This document shows, one piece after another, positions 47,639 through 56,191 of a stretch of 64,000 nucleotides of DNA. The stretch is from positions 288,001-352,000 of the IMG/VR virus record IMGVR_UViG_3300010429_000387, one strand, 5' to 3'. This DNA is from a virus (lineage: Duplodnaviria; Caudoviricetes). Position 1 is the first letter of the stretch. Every line of letters begins with the position of its first letter. The notes beneath the pieces are model-generated. The model ran no database searches. It saw only the letters and a program-made list of their open reading frames with translations, and was not told the origin of the DNA. The translations under genes and the position numbers were made by a program.

Positions 47639-49153
47639 TCAGATGTCGAAATCTCTCTCGAACCTCGAAAGAGGGATGAGGTTCCCCTCCTCTTCGGACC
47701 CATCTGCTGCGAAGGACCACATGTGTTTCTTCGCACAGTGGTAGGCACGGATCTTGATCTGGCTCCGTTCCTCAACTGGTTTGTTTCGACCCCCGTACTC
47801 ACCACAGTACGGGCACTTGAGTTCTGCCATGGGTACCCCATCTTTCCCCAGGGGCTCGAAGTCCCGCTCCAAGGTCGCATACGGGGCGTCCTCCCAGTTG
47901 CTACTGATCTTGACCTCGGGCTCGAAACGTTCTACCCGTTGAAGCCGGACCATTCGTTGAACGTCATCGAGCTTGGTGACCCAGAGGGTCCTTCTGGGCC
48001 GTCGAAGGGTTCGGATGAAGGCACCAGGGGCGACCCAGTTGGGGACATAGGCCCCGCTAGACCTGGGGACAATGGGAGTCAGTTCTGGACGATGGGGTCG
48101 AACCTCCAAGAGGGACCCAGCAGGGCGCCAGTTCTGTTCCAGGTTGGTCATTGCAAAGCGAACGGGCCTGACCTCACCCTCCAAGGTCAAGGTCATGGCC
48201 CCGGTTAGAGGGTCAAGGCCCAACACTTGGTAGCTTTGGTTGTCTCTTCGCTGAACGATGTGAGATCCCACTGACAGCCAAGGTGGTGTTGGAGTCTCCA
48301 GTGGGCGGTACCAGGACGCCACCTGTTGAATGTTGAAGGCTCGAACCCTGCCCCCAAGCTGAATAGGGCTCGTATCCGACCGTTCGATGTCACGAATGTG
48401 AACCTGCCCGTTGGAGACCCCTGTGATGATCCCTCCTTGGTCACCTATGGTCGAAGCCAACCTGGCTCCGGGTCGCATCCAGCTTGGTGGTTCGGCCCTG
48501 ACCTGCCTCAAGGTCACGAAGTAGTGAGGGGTCAACCCAGTAGAGGTGGGGAGAACTCCGAACCGAGTTGGGGTCTCCGTCCTGGTCCGGTCGAGGGAGG
48601 TGGTGACTGATTCCACTCGGAACTCTACCGTCTCTCCGTTCTCCTCCACTAGCATCCCATTGCGAAGAACTTCGACCCTCTGACCGGTCATCACCTGGAA
48701 GGGCATCGGGACGTTGTTGATCTCGATGATCGGACCCGTGGGGTGAGCCACCTGATGTTCGGTCACGCCGTCCATGGGTAGGGACACCCGAACCATCTCT
48801 GGCGGGTTCGGGGGGAAGGGGTCTTCCCCTACCGCAATGTCCCTTCTGGGGGGCATCGTTCCGACATACTCGGGGGGCCAGGAGACGTAAACGTTGCCTT
48901 GCCCAAAGCCGAACTGGTCCTCCCCAACAATGGTGAAGTCGTTACGCCTGATCTCTGGAAGCGAAATCCAGTCCCTCTCAAAGTTGAGCAAGGGGATCGA
49001 AACCACCTGGTCGTTGTTCACCCGGAGGTGTACCTCATCTGAGCCTATGAAGACCACATAGGCACGGGAGGCAGCCGCAACCTCCGTAGCACTTGGGTCA
49101 CGGGGGCGGAGGTACAGTATCTCACCTATCTGAAGCCAGTTTGGAGCGGGCAC
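47639..49153 (-). CDS. Repeat protein with four PxW..G beta-rich modules and C-terminal Zn ribbon, RF-tagged
   Basis: PNWLQIG, PSWMRPG, PPWLSVG, PNWVAPG; CPYC..C..H; LSRFERDFDI; GGTGTA-N9-GTG. Confidence 0.75.
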   Translation of the reverse strand: MPAPNWLQIGEILYLRPRDPSATEVAAASRAYVVFIGSDEVHLRVNNDQVVSIPLLNFERDWISLPEIRRNDFTIVGEDQFGFGQGNVYVSWPPEYVGTMPPRRDIAVGEDPFPPNPPEMVRVSLPMDGVTEHQVAHPTGPIIEINNVPMPFQVMTGQRVEVLRNGMLVEENGETVEFRVESVTTSLDRTRTETPTRFGVLPTSTGLTPHYFVTLRQVRAEPPSWMRPGARLASTIGDQGGIITGVSNGQVHIRDIERSDTSPIQLGGRVRAFNIQQVASWYRPLETPTPPWLSVGSHIVQRRDNQSYQVLGLDPLTGAMTLTLEGEVRPVRFAMTNLEQNWRPAGSLLEVRPHRPELTPIVPRSSGAYVPNWVAPGAFIRTLRRPRRTLWVTKLDDVQRMVRLQRVERFEPEVKISSNWEDAPYATLERDFEPLGKDGVPMAELKCPYCGEYGGRNKPVEERSQIKIRAYHCAKKHMWSFAADGSEEEGNLIPLSRFERDFDI

Positions 49154-49224
49154 AGTCTCACCTACACCAAAAATGTTGAAAGCTCACCGTGACCTAGCTA
49201 TGGTTCGGTGTTTAGGTAGCCTGG

Positions 49225-49602
49225 ATGGACGTACAGGTACTTTCCTTTCAGAAGCCGAAGCAGTTCATTCGGGGGTTCCCCCTCGAAAAGCGAAGGCACT
49301 TCAAGGTGATAGAGCTTCCGGTAGGCTCTCAGATCCTATCAGCGGAAGATCAGTCCCACGAAGGAACCTTGATGCTCTGGGTCATGCTCCCTGCTACCAA
49401 GGACTTGCCCCTGGAGCGAAGAACCCTCCTGGTTACCTACGAGGGGGAGGAGTTCGAGATTTCGGAGGAAGAGATCCCCGGCATAAACTCTGTGATTCCG
49501 AACGTCTACCACATCGGGATGTGGGTGGACCGGACCATGGACGATGGGGACCTCGTCTCGGTCACCGGTCATGTCCTAGAAGTCCTTGGGGATGAAGACT
49601 GA
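49225..49602 (+). CDS. Hypothetical protein
   Basis: ELP.G.QILS...LW...TG.VLE-type small phage protein. Confidence 0.6.
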   Translation: MDVQVLSFQKPKQFIRGFPLEKRRHFKVIELPVGSQILSAEDQSHEGTLMLWVMLPATKDLPLERRTLLVTYEGEEFEISEEEIPGINSVIPNVYHIGMWVDRTMDDGDLVSVTGHVLEVLGDED

Positions 49603-49630
49603 CCCCGCCATCTCGGTGTAATTCTGTTTG

Positions 49631-50158
49631 ATGAGCGACTCTTCCCGAAGCCGATTCGACCGCACCCTCGACATCGACGATCCATCAGAAGTAGCAGTGT
49701 CTCGGTTTGAGCACATCAACCGGGAAGCTGGCCTGGTGGATGCCAAGGTTCTGGCTGGAGCGACTCTTGAAGCTAGAACCGAGGAAAAACGTATCTGGAT
49801 TGGGCTTCGTCCGGACAACCTCTGTGGACGGTACCCGTGTTTCCAGACGGGGTTGATGTCCCTCGGGGAGGCCCTTGAGGGGGACCCGCTGGAAGAGGTT
49901 GAGGGGTCGTGCCCTGGGGCAGATCCTATCGACCAGGCCCTTCTTGCTGGAGCCACCCTTACCGTGGAGCGGCTGGGTGATGCTCTCATCGCCACCTGGG
50001 TGCGTTCCCTGCCTCTCAGGACCTTTCAGTACGAGGGCAAGGAGCACAGGGTCTACCGGAAGGGGACCCGCAAGGCGAAGGGCCTGAGGGTCCTTGAGGC
50101 GGCCTTGGCGGCCTTGGCGGCAGAGGAGAAGGTCTCCGAAGGGTCGATGCTCAGCTAG
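49631..50158 (+). CDS. Hypothetical protein with two N-terminal RF tags
   Basis: SRFDRTLDIDD, SRFEHINRE; GGTGTA-N10-ATG. Confidence 0.7.
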   Translation: MSDSSRSRFDRTLDIDDPSEVAVSRFEHINREAGLVDAKVLAGATLEARTEEKRIWIGLRPDNLCGRYPCFQTGLMSLGEALEGDPLEEVEGSCPGADPIDQALLAGATLTVERLGDALIATWVRSLPLRTFQYEGKEHRVYRKGTRKAKGLRVLEAALAALAAEEKVSEGSMLS

Positions 50159-50600
50159 GTAGGTTGATCAGCAAGGTGTGAATCGAGGTCTGAAGGTCGA
50201 AGTCCAGGGCATTCTCTCGAACGAACAGCTCTGAAACCCCAGAGACCACGAAGATAGCCCAGTCCTTCACCCTCGGACGCATCACATAGATCGGGCGTAT
50301 CCAGTTCGGTATGGTCCGGTCTGGTGCTTCTCCAATGACCCGACACCCAACCCTACACGGGTCGTAGCGCCAGATGTCATCCTTGGATACCACCATCTTG
50401 AGAATCTGGTCCCGCATCTTCGGGGGGAGCACTCCAAGCCTGGCAAAGGGCTCCATCTCCCCGGATTGGAAGGAGAAATAGGCGTAGTGACCACCCTCTT
50501 CCTCCTCCGATATGATGTAACCTTCAAGATCGAGCACCCGAGTCAGTGGGTAGGACCCGGACTGACCTCTTTGGCTGATCGGAGCTGGTTCCAGTAGCAT
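50151..50600 (-). CDS. Hypothetical protein
   Basis: GGAGGT RBS. Confidence 0.6.
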   Translation of the reverse strand: MLLEPAPISQRGQSGSYPLTRVLDLEGYIISEEEEGGHYAYFSFQSGEMEPFARLGVLPPKMRDQILKMVVSKDDIWRYDPCRVGCRVIGEAPDRTIPNWIRPIYVMRPRVKDWAIFVVSGVSELFVRENALDFDLQTSIHTLLINLPS

Positions 50601-50612
50601 AGTTACCTCCCC

Positions 50613-51314
50613 TCACTTGCGCTTCACCTCATCCAAGATTGATTGAATCAACTTGAACCGCCTACGGCTAGCCTCCCTCAGTTGGGACAGGGGTCGGATG
50701 CTGACCGGCTTTTCTAGCCACTCGGTTAGACTGCCCATCGGTTCTTCACCGAAGCTGAGCAGATGGGGGTCTAGGGGAAGCAGTTCCCTCACGAGGGCCT
50801 TGCTGTGAGTCACCAGGACTGAGCCAACAAGGGGCTCAGGAGCCGACTCAATGAAGCTCCGAATTTCAGCCCCGGTGGAAGCAGCCCAGTCGTCCGAGAG
50901 ACCGATGTCTGGCTCGTCCCAGAAGATGACGTGCCGGGTCTCCCGGCCCTTGCTGGTTCTGATGGCCCCCAGGACCGTCTCAGAAGAGTTCTCGCCCGTG
51001 CTCTGCCACTCCTCTGAGCCGTAGACGAAAGCCAGAGCTGGGTTGTAGGCGCAATTTCTGCGCCCCTCCATCGAGAGATGGATGCACTCGATCTTGGTCT
51101 TGGAACAGACCCCCTGGATGATGCGTCGAAAGAAGCTCTTCCCAGAGGCATTGCCACCCACAGCCACGACCAGCTTCCCCTTCCCTGGAACGAAGTTCGC
51201 AGAGATGGGCACTTCCCCGTTGTCGTTCGGGTGGAAATAGTCCAGCGTCAAGCACTCCTGAATCAAGCTCAGGGTATCATTGACCCGGAAATCGCTCTTC
51301 TTTGCCCTGGGCAT
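50613..51314 (-). CDS. ABC-type ATPase-fold protein
   Basis: GGNASGKS, STGE, FWDEPD.GL, VTHS; class B promoter. Confidence 0.75.
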   Translation of the reverse strand: MPRAKKSDFRVNDTLSLIQECLTLDYFHPNDNGEVPISANFVPGKGKLVVAVGGNASGKSFFRRIIQGVCSKTKIECIHLSMEGRRNCAYNPALAFVYGSEEWQSTGENSSETVLGAIRTSKGRETRHVIFWDEPDIGLSDDWAASTGAEIRSFIESAPEPLVGSVLVTHSKALVRELLPLDPHLLSFGEEPMGSLTEWLEKPVSIRPLSQLREASRRRFKLIQSILDEVKRK

Positions 51315-51378
51315 ACCTGGACCTCTCTCCCGTACAACGTCCAGGTACACCAACCTTTCAACTAGGCTCGTCGATTTT

Positions 51379-51699
51379 TCACGGGACCCACTGAGGGTTG
51401 CGGGCGGAACTCGGCATTGCGCTGGGGGCGGAAGACGCTTTGGGTGTTGAGCTGGATGCCTTCGGGGTGGCCGAGTAGAAGTCGTCCCCTACATAGCAGC
51501 ACATCCCGGCGGGGCAACCAGTCCCAACAGGCCCACCACAGACCTCGTTGTTCCAACAGCAGGACAACGGCTTAAGGTTGCAGGGGTGGGCTCGTGTGCC
51601 ACACGGGTATTCTGGCGACACGGGGTTATCGATCTTGTTGCAGTCCTTGCATCCGGAGAAGGTCGCAAGGGCGGCAATCAGCAGCAATGTAGTTCGCAT
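51379..51699 (-). CDS. Cys-rich lipoprotein
   Basis: Lipobox ATFSG-C; multiple Cys; AAGGAG RBS. Confidence 0.7.
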   Translation of the reverse strand: MRTTLLLIAALATFSGCKDCNKIDNPVSPEYPCGTRAHPCNLKPLSCCWNNEVCGGPVGTGCPAGMCCYVGDDFYSATPKASSSTPKASSAPSAMPSSARNPQWVP

Positions 51700-51794
51700 G
51701 AGGTCTCCTTCCCCTAGACCTCTTCATAGAGGATTCTTTCAAATCTGCTCCGACGGATGGTCACTTCGATAACCTCTGGAGGCGGCTGAAGCAC

Positions 51795-51840
51795 TGGACC
51801 AGACCTGTCAATCAGGTTGGACCAGACCTGTCAATCAGGT
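51795..51840. repeat. Perfect 23-bp tandem duplication causing frameshift and premature stop
   Basis: tggaccagacctgtcaatcaggt x2. Confidence 0.95.
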
Positions 51841-52588
51841 CGAACCTTCGTTGCCGGATGTCATCCACTCGAATCGTCGGGTTCGAGATGATTTCAAACT
51901 CGGGTACCGTGACCCGTTGAGCCTGGATGGCTCTCGGGTTGACCACCCCTATTCCGATGTTCTCGGTCACCGTCCACCCAAGGGGGAGTCGGTGGGGCTC
52001 ATCAGCCCCCATGACCGTCAACTCAGACCGTAGTGGGGTTGCAGCCATCGAGGCTTCGAGGTCTTGAAAGATTTGCCGGTCGAAGCTCTCCTGGATCTCT
52101 CTCACCGTCGCCTCAATCATGTCAACGCTGAGGTTGGGCTGGGGGGCTTCTGGGTTGGCGAAAGTTGAGGGGGCCTCGATGCTCATCTGACTTGGGTCGA
52201 AGATCCCAATGAGCCCTGACGGGGGACTGGAAGACACGACGAACCCAACAGGGTTGTCTCCGTTCATGGTCAGTCCACCAGAGGTGGGATCGATTCCCAC
52301 AGGGGTCCCAGGGACGATTCTGGAGACCTGCATCGGACCCCAAATCGAGGGGATGAGTCCCTGTCGCATGACCGTCCCCTTGGAGTTCAAGAGGTAGCTG
52401 ACCTGAGGGTTCTCCGGACCTAGGTCACGAAACTGGACCTCAACCCCCATCAAGTTGGGAACGGTCGGGTCCTCTCGAATCTGGAGGGATGCCAGGTTCC
52501 GGTCCCCTTGCAGAAGACGGATCTCTTCCTGGAAGATTCGGTGCTCGTTCGAGTCTCGGGTTGGGTACCTGAGTGTCCAGGTGGGCAT
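51812..52588 (-). CDS. Mosaic protein with capsid-like fragments; without the duplication it would end at 51714 with SRFERILYEEV
   Basis: WTLRY N-terminus; RVTVPEFEIISNPTI..DIRQRRFDLIDR. Confidence 0.7.
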   Translation of the reverse strand: MPTWTLRYPTRDSNEHRIFQEEIRLLQGDRNLASLQIREDPTVPNLMGVEVQFRDLGPENPQVSYLLNSKGTVMRQGLIPSIWGPMQVSRIVPGTPVGIDPTSGGLTMNGDNPVGFVVSSSPPSGLIGIFDPSQMSIEAPSTFANPEAPQPNLSVDMIEATVREIQESFDRQIFQDLEASMAATPLRSELTVMGADEPHRLPLGWTVTENIGIGVVNPRAIQAQRVTVPEFEIISNPTIRVDDIRQRRFDLIDRSGPT

Positions 52589-52619
52589 GGGGCTACCTAC
52601 CCCGGTGTACTCAAGGGCT

Positions 52620-53006
52620 ATGCCACGGAAGAAAGACCCATGGTTGGCTCCCCTGGATGAGTCCTGGATCGAGGTGGGAAAGAAGATAATCCCACTGCCT
52701 CCAAATCTGGCTGGGAGCTATTCGTTCAGCTTTGGAGACTCCCCTAGTTGGAGCTGTAGCAATCTCCCTGCGAACCCGACTCCCCACGATATGCCGGTGT
52801 TCGTGATCTCAAGGATTGATGTGACGGGGAACGGTACCCGGATGGTCCACTTCCACCTGGTGGCAGACCCTCGTCACGGGTCTGCTTGGTGGTCGAAGGA
52901 CATCAAGTCGAAGTTTCGTCCGGCCCCTAGTCCGAAGAGAGCGCCTCGCCCGAAGAAGCCGAAGCCAACACCCTTGAGTCGGTTTGATCGTGAGGACGTA
53001 GTTTGA
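52620..53006 (+). CDS. Hypothetical protein, RF-tagged (LSRFDREDVV)
   Basis: GGTGTA-N10-ATG. Confidence 0.7.
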   Translation: MPRKKDPWLAPLDESWIEVGKKIIPLPPNLAGSYSFSFGDSPSWSCSNLPANPTPHDMPVFVISRIDVTGNGTRMVHFHLVADPRHGSAWWSKDIKSKFRPAPSPKRAPRPKKPKPTPLSRFDREDVV

Positions 53007-53238
53007 TGAAGACTGGGGTGTTCGGTCCCACCCAGGCCCCGATGGTGTTGAACTCGAAGAACTCAAGAGCAGCCTCGTAGTCCATCCCCTGCCCAACCAG
53101 AATCTCCAAGCACTTGTCGTAGTCGTAGGAGGCCACAGGGGGCTGGCAGGCTCGGTAGCAGATCCCTAGGTAGGCCCTCTCGAACCCATCGGCTAGGAGG
53201 GCATTCGGATTCTCATCTTCGAGTTCTTCAATGCTCAT
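52927..53238 (-). CDS. Conserved phage hypothetical protein
   Basis: ADGF..A.LG...YD...EAALEFFEFNTIGAWVG..TPVF. Confidence 0.75.
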   Translation of the reverse strand: MSIEELEDENPNALLADGFERAYLGICYRACQPPVASYDYDKCLEILVGQGMDYEAALEFFEFNTIGAWVGPNTPVFIKLRPHDQTDSRVLASASSGEALSSD

Positions 53239-53612
53239 GACAGGATCGGCCTCAGTGCTTGGGCCACCACAATGCAGCCCTCTCGTTGGTTGGCATCCAC
53301 CATACAGGCATCCAGCCCTCCCGTGAACCCGAAGAGCTGAATGACCTCGTTGACCACCACTGGGTTCGGGAACCTGTTCCGGTCAGGTACCGAAATGGAA
53401 AGGTGCCGATAGATCATCTGGTCTATCTGGCTCTCAGTAAGAGAGAACACGACTCGGAAGTCCCCGATGTTCATGACATAGTTCGGGTTGTCGCCCGGAG
53501 CCTTCACCTTTGGACCTGGGCGGTAGATGTTCTCCGGCTTCGAGGCAAAGTCCAGTACCTCTGTCGCCCTGGACTTGGCTTCGTTGTCAATGATGAGGAC
53601 TCTGAGGCTCAT
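53235..53612 (-). CDS. Hypothetical protein
   Basis: GGTGTA-N9-ATG; RHLSIS. Confidence 0.7.
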   Translation of the reverse strand: MSLRVLIIDNEAKSRATEVLDFASKPENIYRPGPKVKAPGDNPNYVMNIGDFRVVFSLTESQIDQMIYRHLSISVPDRNRFPNPVVVNEVIQLFGFTGGLDACMVDANQREGCIVVAQALRPILS

Positions 53613-53620
53613 GCCCCCAT

Positions 53621-54832
53621 CTACACCACGGGTTCCCTGGAGAAGCGATCTGCGGTGATGGTGATCTCTGGCATGATGATGGCTTGGGGTCCTGGGTCGG
53701 GGACGCCTGGCTGACGGAAGACTCGCAAGACCCCCTGGTGGCTTGCCAGAGGGGCCAAGGCGGGGTCACTGAGCAGAGCGATGAGGTCCATGTCCTCACC
53801 GTCTACACGGCAGCTACGGGCCACCAGGACGCAAACCTGAGAGTAGTCCGAGTGGTGCATGTCATGGGCGGTTCCTCGACCTTGGATGAGCCGGAGGTAC
53901 TGCCCGTTCGGCCCCTTGGCGAGGGATGCCACAGCTTCCCCTTTGATTCCTTGGTAAGAGGCCCCCTCGAAGTGCCACCCGTAGTTCATGGCCTTCCCGG
54001 TCTTCACCAGGAGGTCGTTGTCGATGACCCAGTGCTTGCCAACCGTACCCAGCAGCCCGGTGGGGTTTCCCAAGCTGACCAGGTCGGCATCGATCTTCCC
54101 CGAGTGCTCGATCATGGCAGCCGTGGATGACGTGATCTGCCTGGGGTGTGGGTTGAGCTTCACCGTCCGCTGGATCCACATGAGGTCGGCCAGCTTCGGG
54201 GTGAGCAGAAGGCACCCGGTCATGTCGGCAATCTTCTGCTGGGTCTCTGCCGTGACGTTGACCCGTACCCCTTCGATCTTCAGAGCATCGGAGAAGACTT
54301 GAAACTCAGCCGTATGCTCGTTGTAGGTTGAGGTTACGGTCGAGAAGCTGGCCTCGTAGTGCCCTTGCGAGACATAGTCGAGGATAGCATTCTCACGATC
54401 CGGACCAGCGTTCTCGGGAAGTTGAAGGGTCATGCTTCGACGGAGCATGACTGCTTTATGCTCGGCTCCCGAGGTCTCCAAGAGGTCGTGATTGACCACT
54501 CGGCTGAACCGAGTAGTCGGGTTCCCGGTGATGAGGCACCAAAGGTCTTCAATCTGGACTACTTTGCCCAGCGTGACTTTGTTCTTGATGGGGTTGAGGA
54601 ATCCGACTGGAGTAGTCTCAGTAGAGCGAACTTCTAGCTGCCCGAACTTCAAAGGTAGGAGCTGGGGTACGGTCAGCACCTTCCAGGGGTCGTTCCCAGG
54701 GTTCCCCGTGTACATCCTGAGTTCGAGAAAGTCCTTCGGGTTGATCTCCACATAATCGGGGTCAAACCCCTCGATTCTGGACATCGTCGCTAGGACGGTG
54801 GCGATCTTCTTGCCAAGGGTCTCAGTCATCAT
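53621..54832 (-). CDS. Fusion protein: capsid-like N-terminal piece plus uncharacterised His/Asp-rich domain; two RF tags
   Basis: KHWV...NYGWH...IQ..G.AH...HSDYSQ; TTRFSRVV, DRFSREPVV. Confidence 0.7.
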   Translation of the reverse strand: MMTETLGKKIATVLATMSRIEGFDPDYVEINPKDFLELRMYTGNPGNDPWKVLTVPQLLPLKFGQLEVRSTETTPVGFLNPIKNKVTLGKVVQIEDLWCLITGNPTTRFSRVVNHDLLETSGAEHKAVMLRRSMTLQLPENAGPDRENAILDYVSQGHYEASFSTVTSTYNEHTAEFQVFSDALKIEGVRVNVTAETQQKIADMTGCLLLTPKLADLMWIQRTVKLNPHPRQITSSTAAMIEHSGKIDADLVSLGNPTGLLGTVGKHWVIDNDLLVKTGKAMNYGWHFEGASYQGIKGEAVASLAKGPNGQYLRLIQGRGTAHDMHHSDYSQVCVLVARSCRVDGEDMDLIALLSDPALAPLASHQGVLRVFRQPGVPDPGPQAIIMPEITITADRFSREPVV

Positions 54833-55634
54833 CGAAGAGGATCCTGGAGAACCGGCTCTCGGGCTCCTTCGGCTCATCGCAAGGAGCCCATTCCCTTGCG
54901 AATGACGTGATGATCTGCCTTCGAGGTGGGTCGAACGACCGCCACACCTGGAACTCGACGTTGAGCATCTCGACCTTGATGATCCTGGCAAACTCCCCAT
55001 TCCGGGTGACCCACTGATCGAGCTTCAGCCACTCTGGGCGGACCCAGGGCTCGGTGGAGGTGGAGCACCCCATTGAAACCTCTGGGATGAGTCCAGACCT
55101 CAGGGTTGCCATGGCACCTGGGTCGGGGTCACGGTCGTAGACTGGAAGGGCACCCTCTGGAATCTGGTCAACGAGGAACGTTCGTCTGGCTACCGAGCTG
55201 TAATCTATCCTTGCTCGAAGCGGGGCTATCATTGAGGCCGCAAGACGGGACCGCCCCTCAGAGCTGTTGATGAACTGGGAGATGATGCTCTCCCGAGCCT
55301 CTGGGGAGAGCATGTCCCCGTTCCGGTTCGGGGTGTCAGGGGGTCCTAGGAGGTTCTGGAACCCAACAACCGTTCTTTCAGTGAAGGGCCTTCGTCGCTC
55401 GTAGAGGTCATGGAGGGCATAGGCTTCTGGACCCTCCCGGTCGTTCGCCATCCTGACGTTGAGTCGGTAGTAGCGGGGGTTGGTCGAGCCAGGGTTGGGG
55501 TCAGGGGGGTCGAGGATGAGAGTTGTACTGAGTACAAACTCGTCCTGCTCGAACCGAGCCCGGTCTACTCGGGCCTGGATCCGGTCGTCTACCGTGTTCT
55601 CATATCGAAGTGTCCACAGGGGACCGGGTGGCAT
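54822..55634 (-). CDS. Mosaic protein with capsid-like N-arm fragment, RF-tagged (SRFSRILFDDD)
   Basis: WTLRY N-terminus; GRSRLAASMIAPLRARIDYSSVARRTFLVDQIPEGALPVYDRD. Confidence 0.75.
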   Translation of the reverse strand: MPPGPLWTLRYENTVDDRIQARVDRARFEQDEFVLSTTLILDPPDPNPGSTNPRYYRLNVRMANDREGPEAYALHDLYERRRPFTERTVVGFQNLLGPPDTPNRNGDMLSPEARESIISQFINSSEGRSRLAASMIAPLRARIDYSSVARRTFLVDQIPEGALPVYDRDPDPGAMATLRSGLIPEVSMGCSTSTEPWVRPEWLKLDQWVTRNGEFARIIKVEMLNVEFQVWRSFDPPRRQIITSFAREWAPCDEPKEPESRFSRILFDDD

Positions 55635-55636
55635 GG

Positions 55637-56098
55637 CTAGGTCCTCATGAAGCGGAGTCGATACTCCCCGTCCGGCCATTGGACGATATGCGTCCACTCG
55701 ATGACCGGTCGCACGAACACCTTAGAGGGGTCACCCAGACTGAAGTAGATGACCGCCACGTCCTCTCTTGAGCCCTGTAGGAGGAGAGCGGTTCTCTCTA
55801 CCGTGTAAAGCCCACCCTTGAAGTGCCGATATGCCCCTGGGGATACCTCCGAGTAGTTGTCCCGCCTCAGAAGAAAACGAAGCAGTTTCTCTGCCTGAAG
55901 GGGGTCACCACGGTCGATGGGTGGGTACCGTTTCAGGAAGTTGTGGATCAGGCCACCAGGGGACTGACTGGAAGTGATGGCCTCTTCAGCCCTGTCTTGA
56001 GCAGCCAACACATCCCCACCCTGAAGCTGTGACTCGGGGACCCCGAGTGCATAGGCAGCCAGGACCCTGTAGGGGTCAATGAGGAATGAGGTGGACAT
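55637..56098 (-). CDS. DUF1653-like protein
   Basis: G.YRHFKG..Y.V...VIY...FVRP..EW; GGTGTA-N10-ATG. Confidence 0.75.
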   Translation of the reverse strand: MSTSFLIDPYRVLAAYALGVPESQLQGGDVLAAQDRAEEAITSSQSPGGLIHNFLKRYPPIDRGDPLQAEKLLRFLLRRDNYSEVSPGAYRHFKGGLYTVERTALLLQGSREDVAVIYFSLGDPSKVFVRPVIEWTHIVQWPDGEYRLRFMRT

Positions 56099-56191
56099 AG
56101 CACCCGAGTACACCACCTATTCTTTCGATGGCAAGTTGCTTGGTTGAAAGATCGAAACCCCAGACGTTGTACTCCTTAGAGGAGATTGAAG

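Noticed and set aside
51812-55634. A genuine split or intron-interrupted major capsid gene
   Set aside because: Fragments sit in separate ORFs with unrelated flanks and intervening genes; no portal, terminase or scaffold nearby
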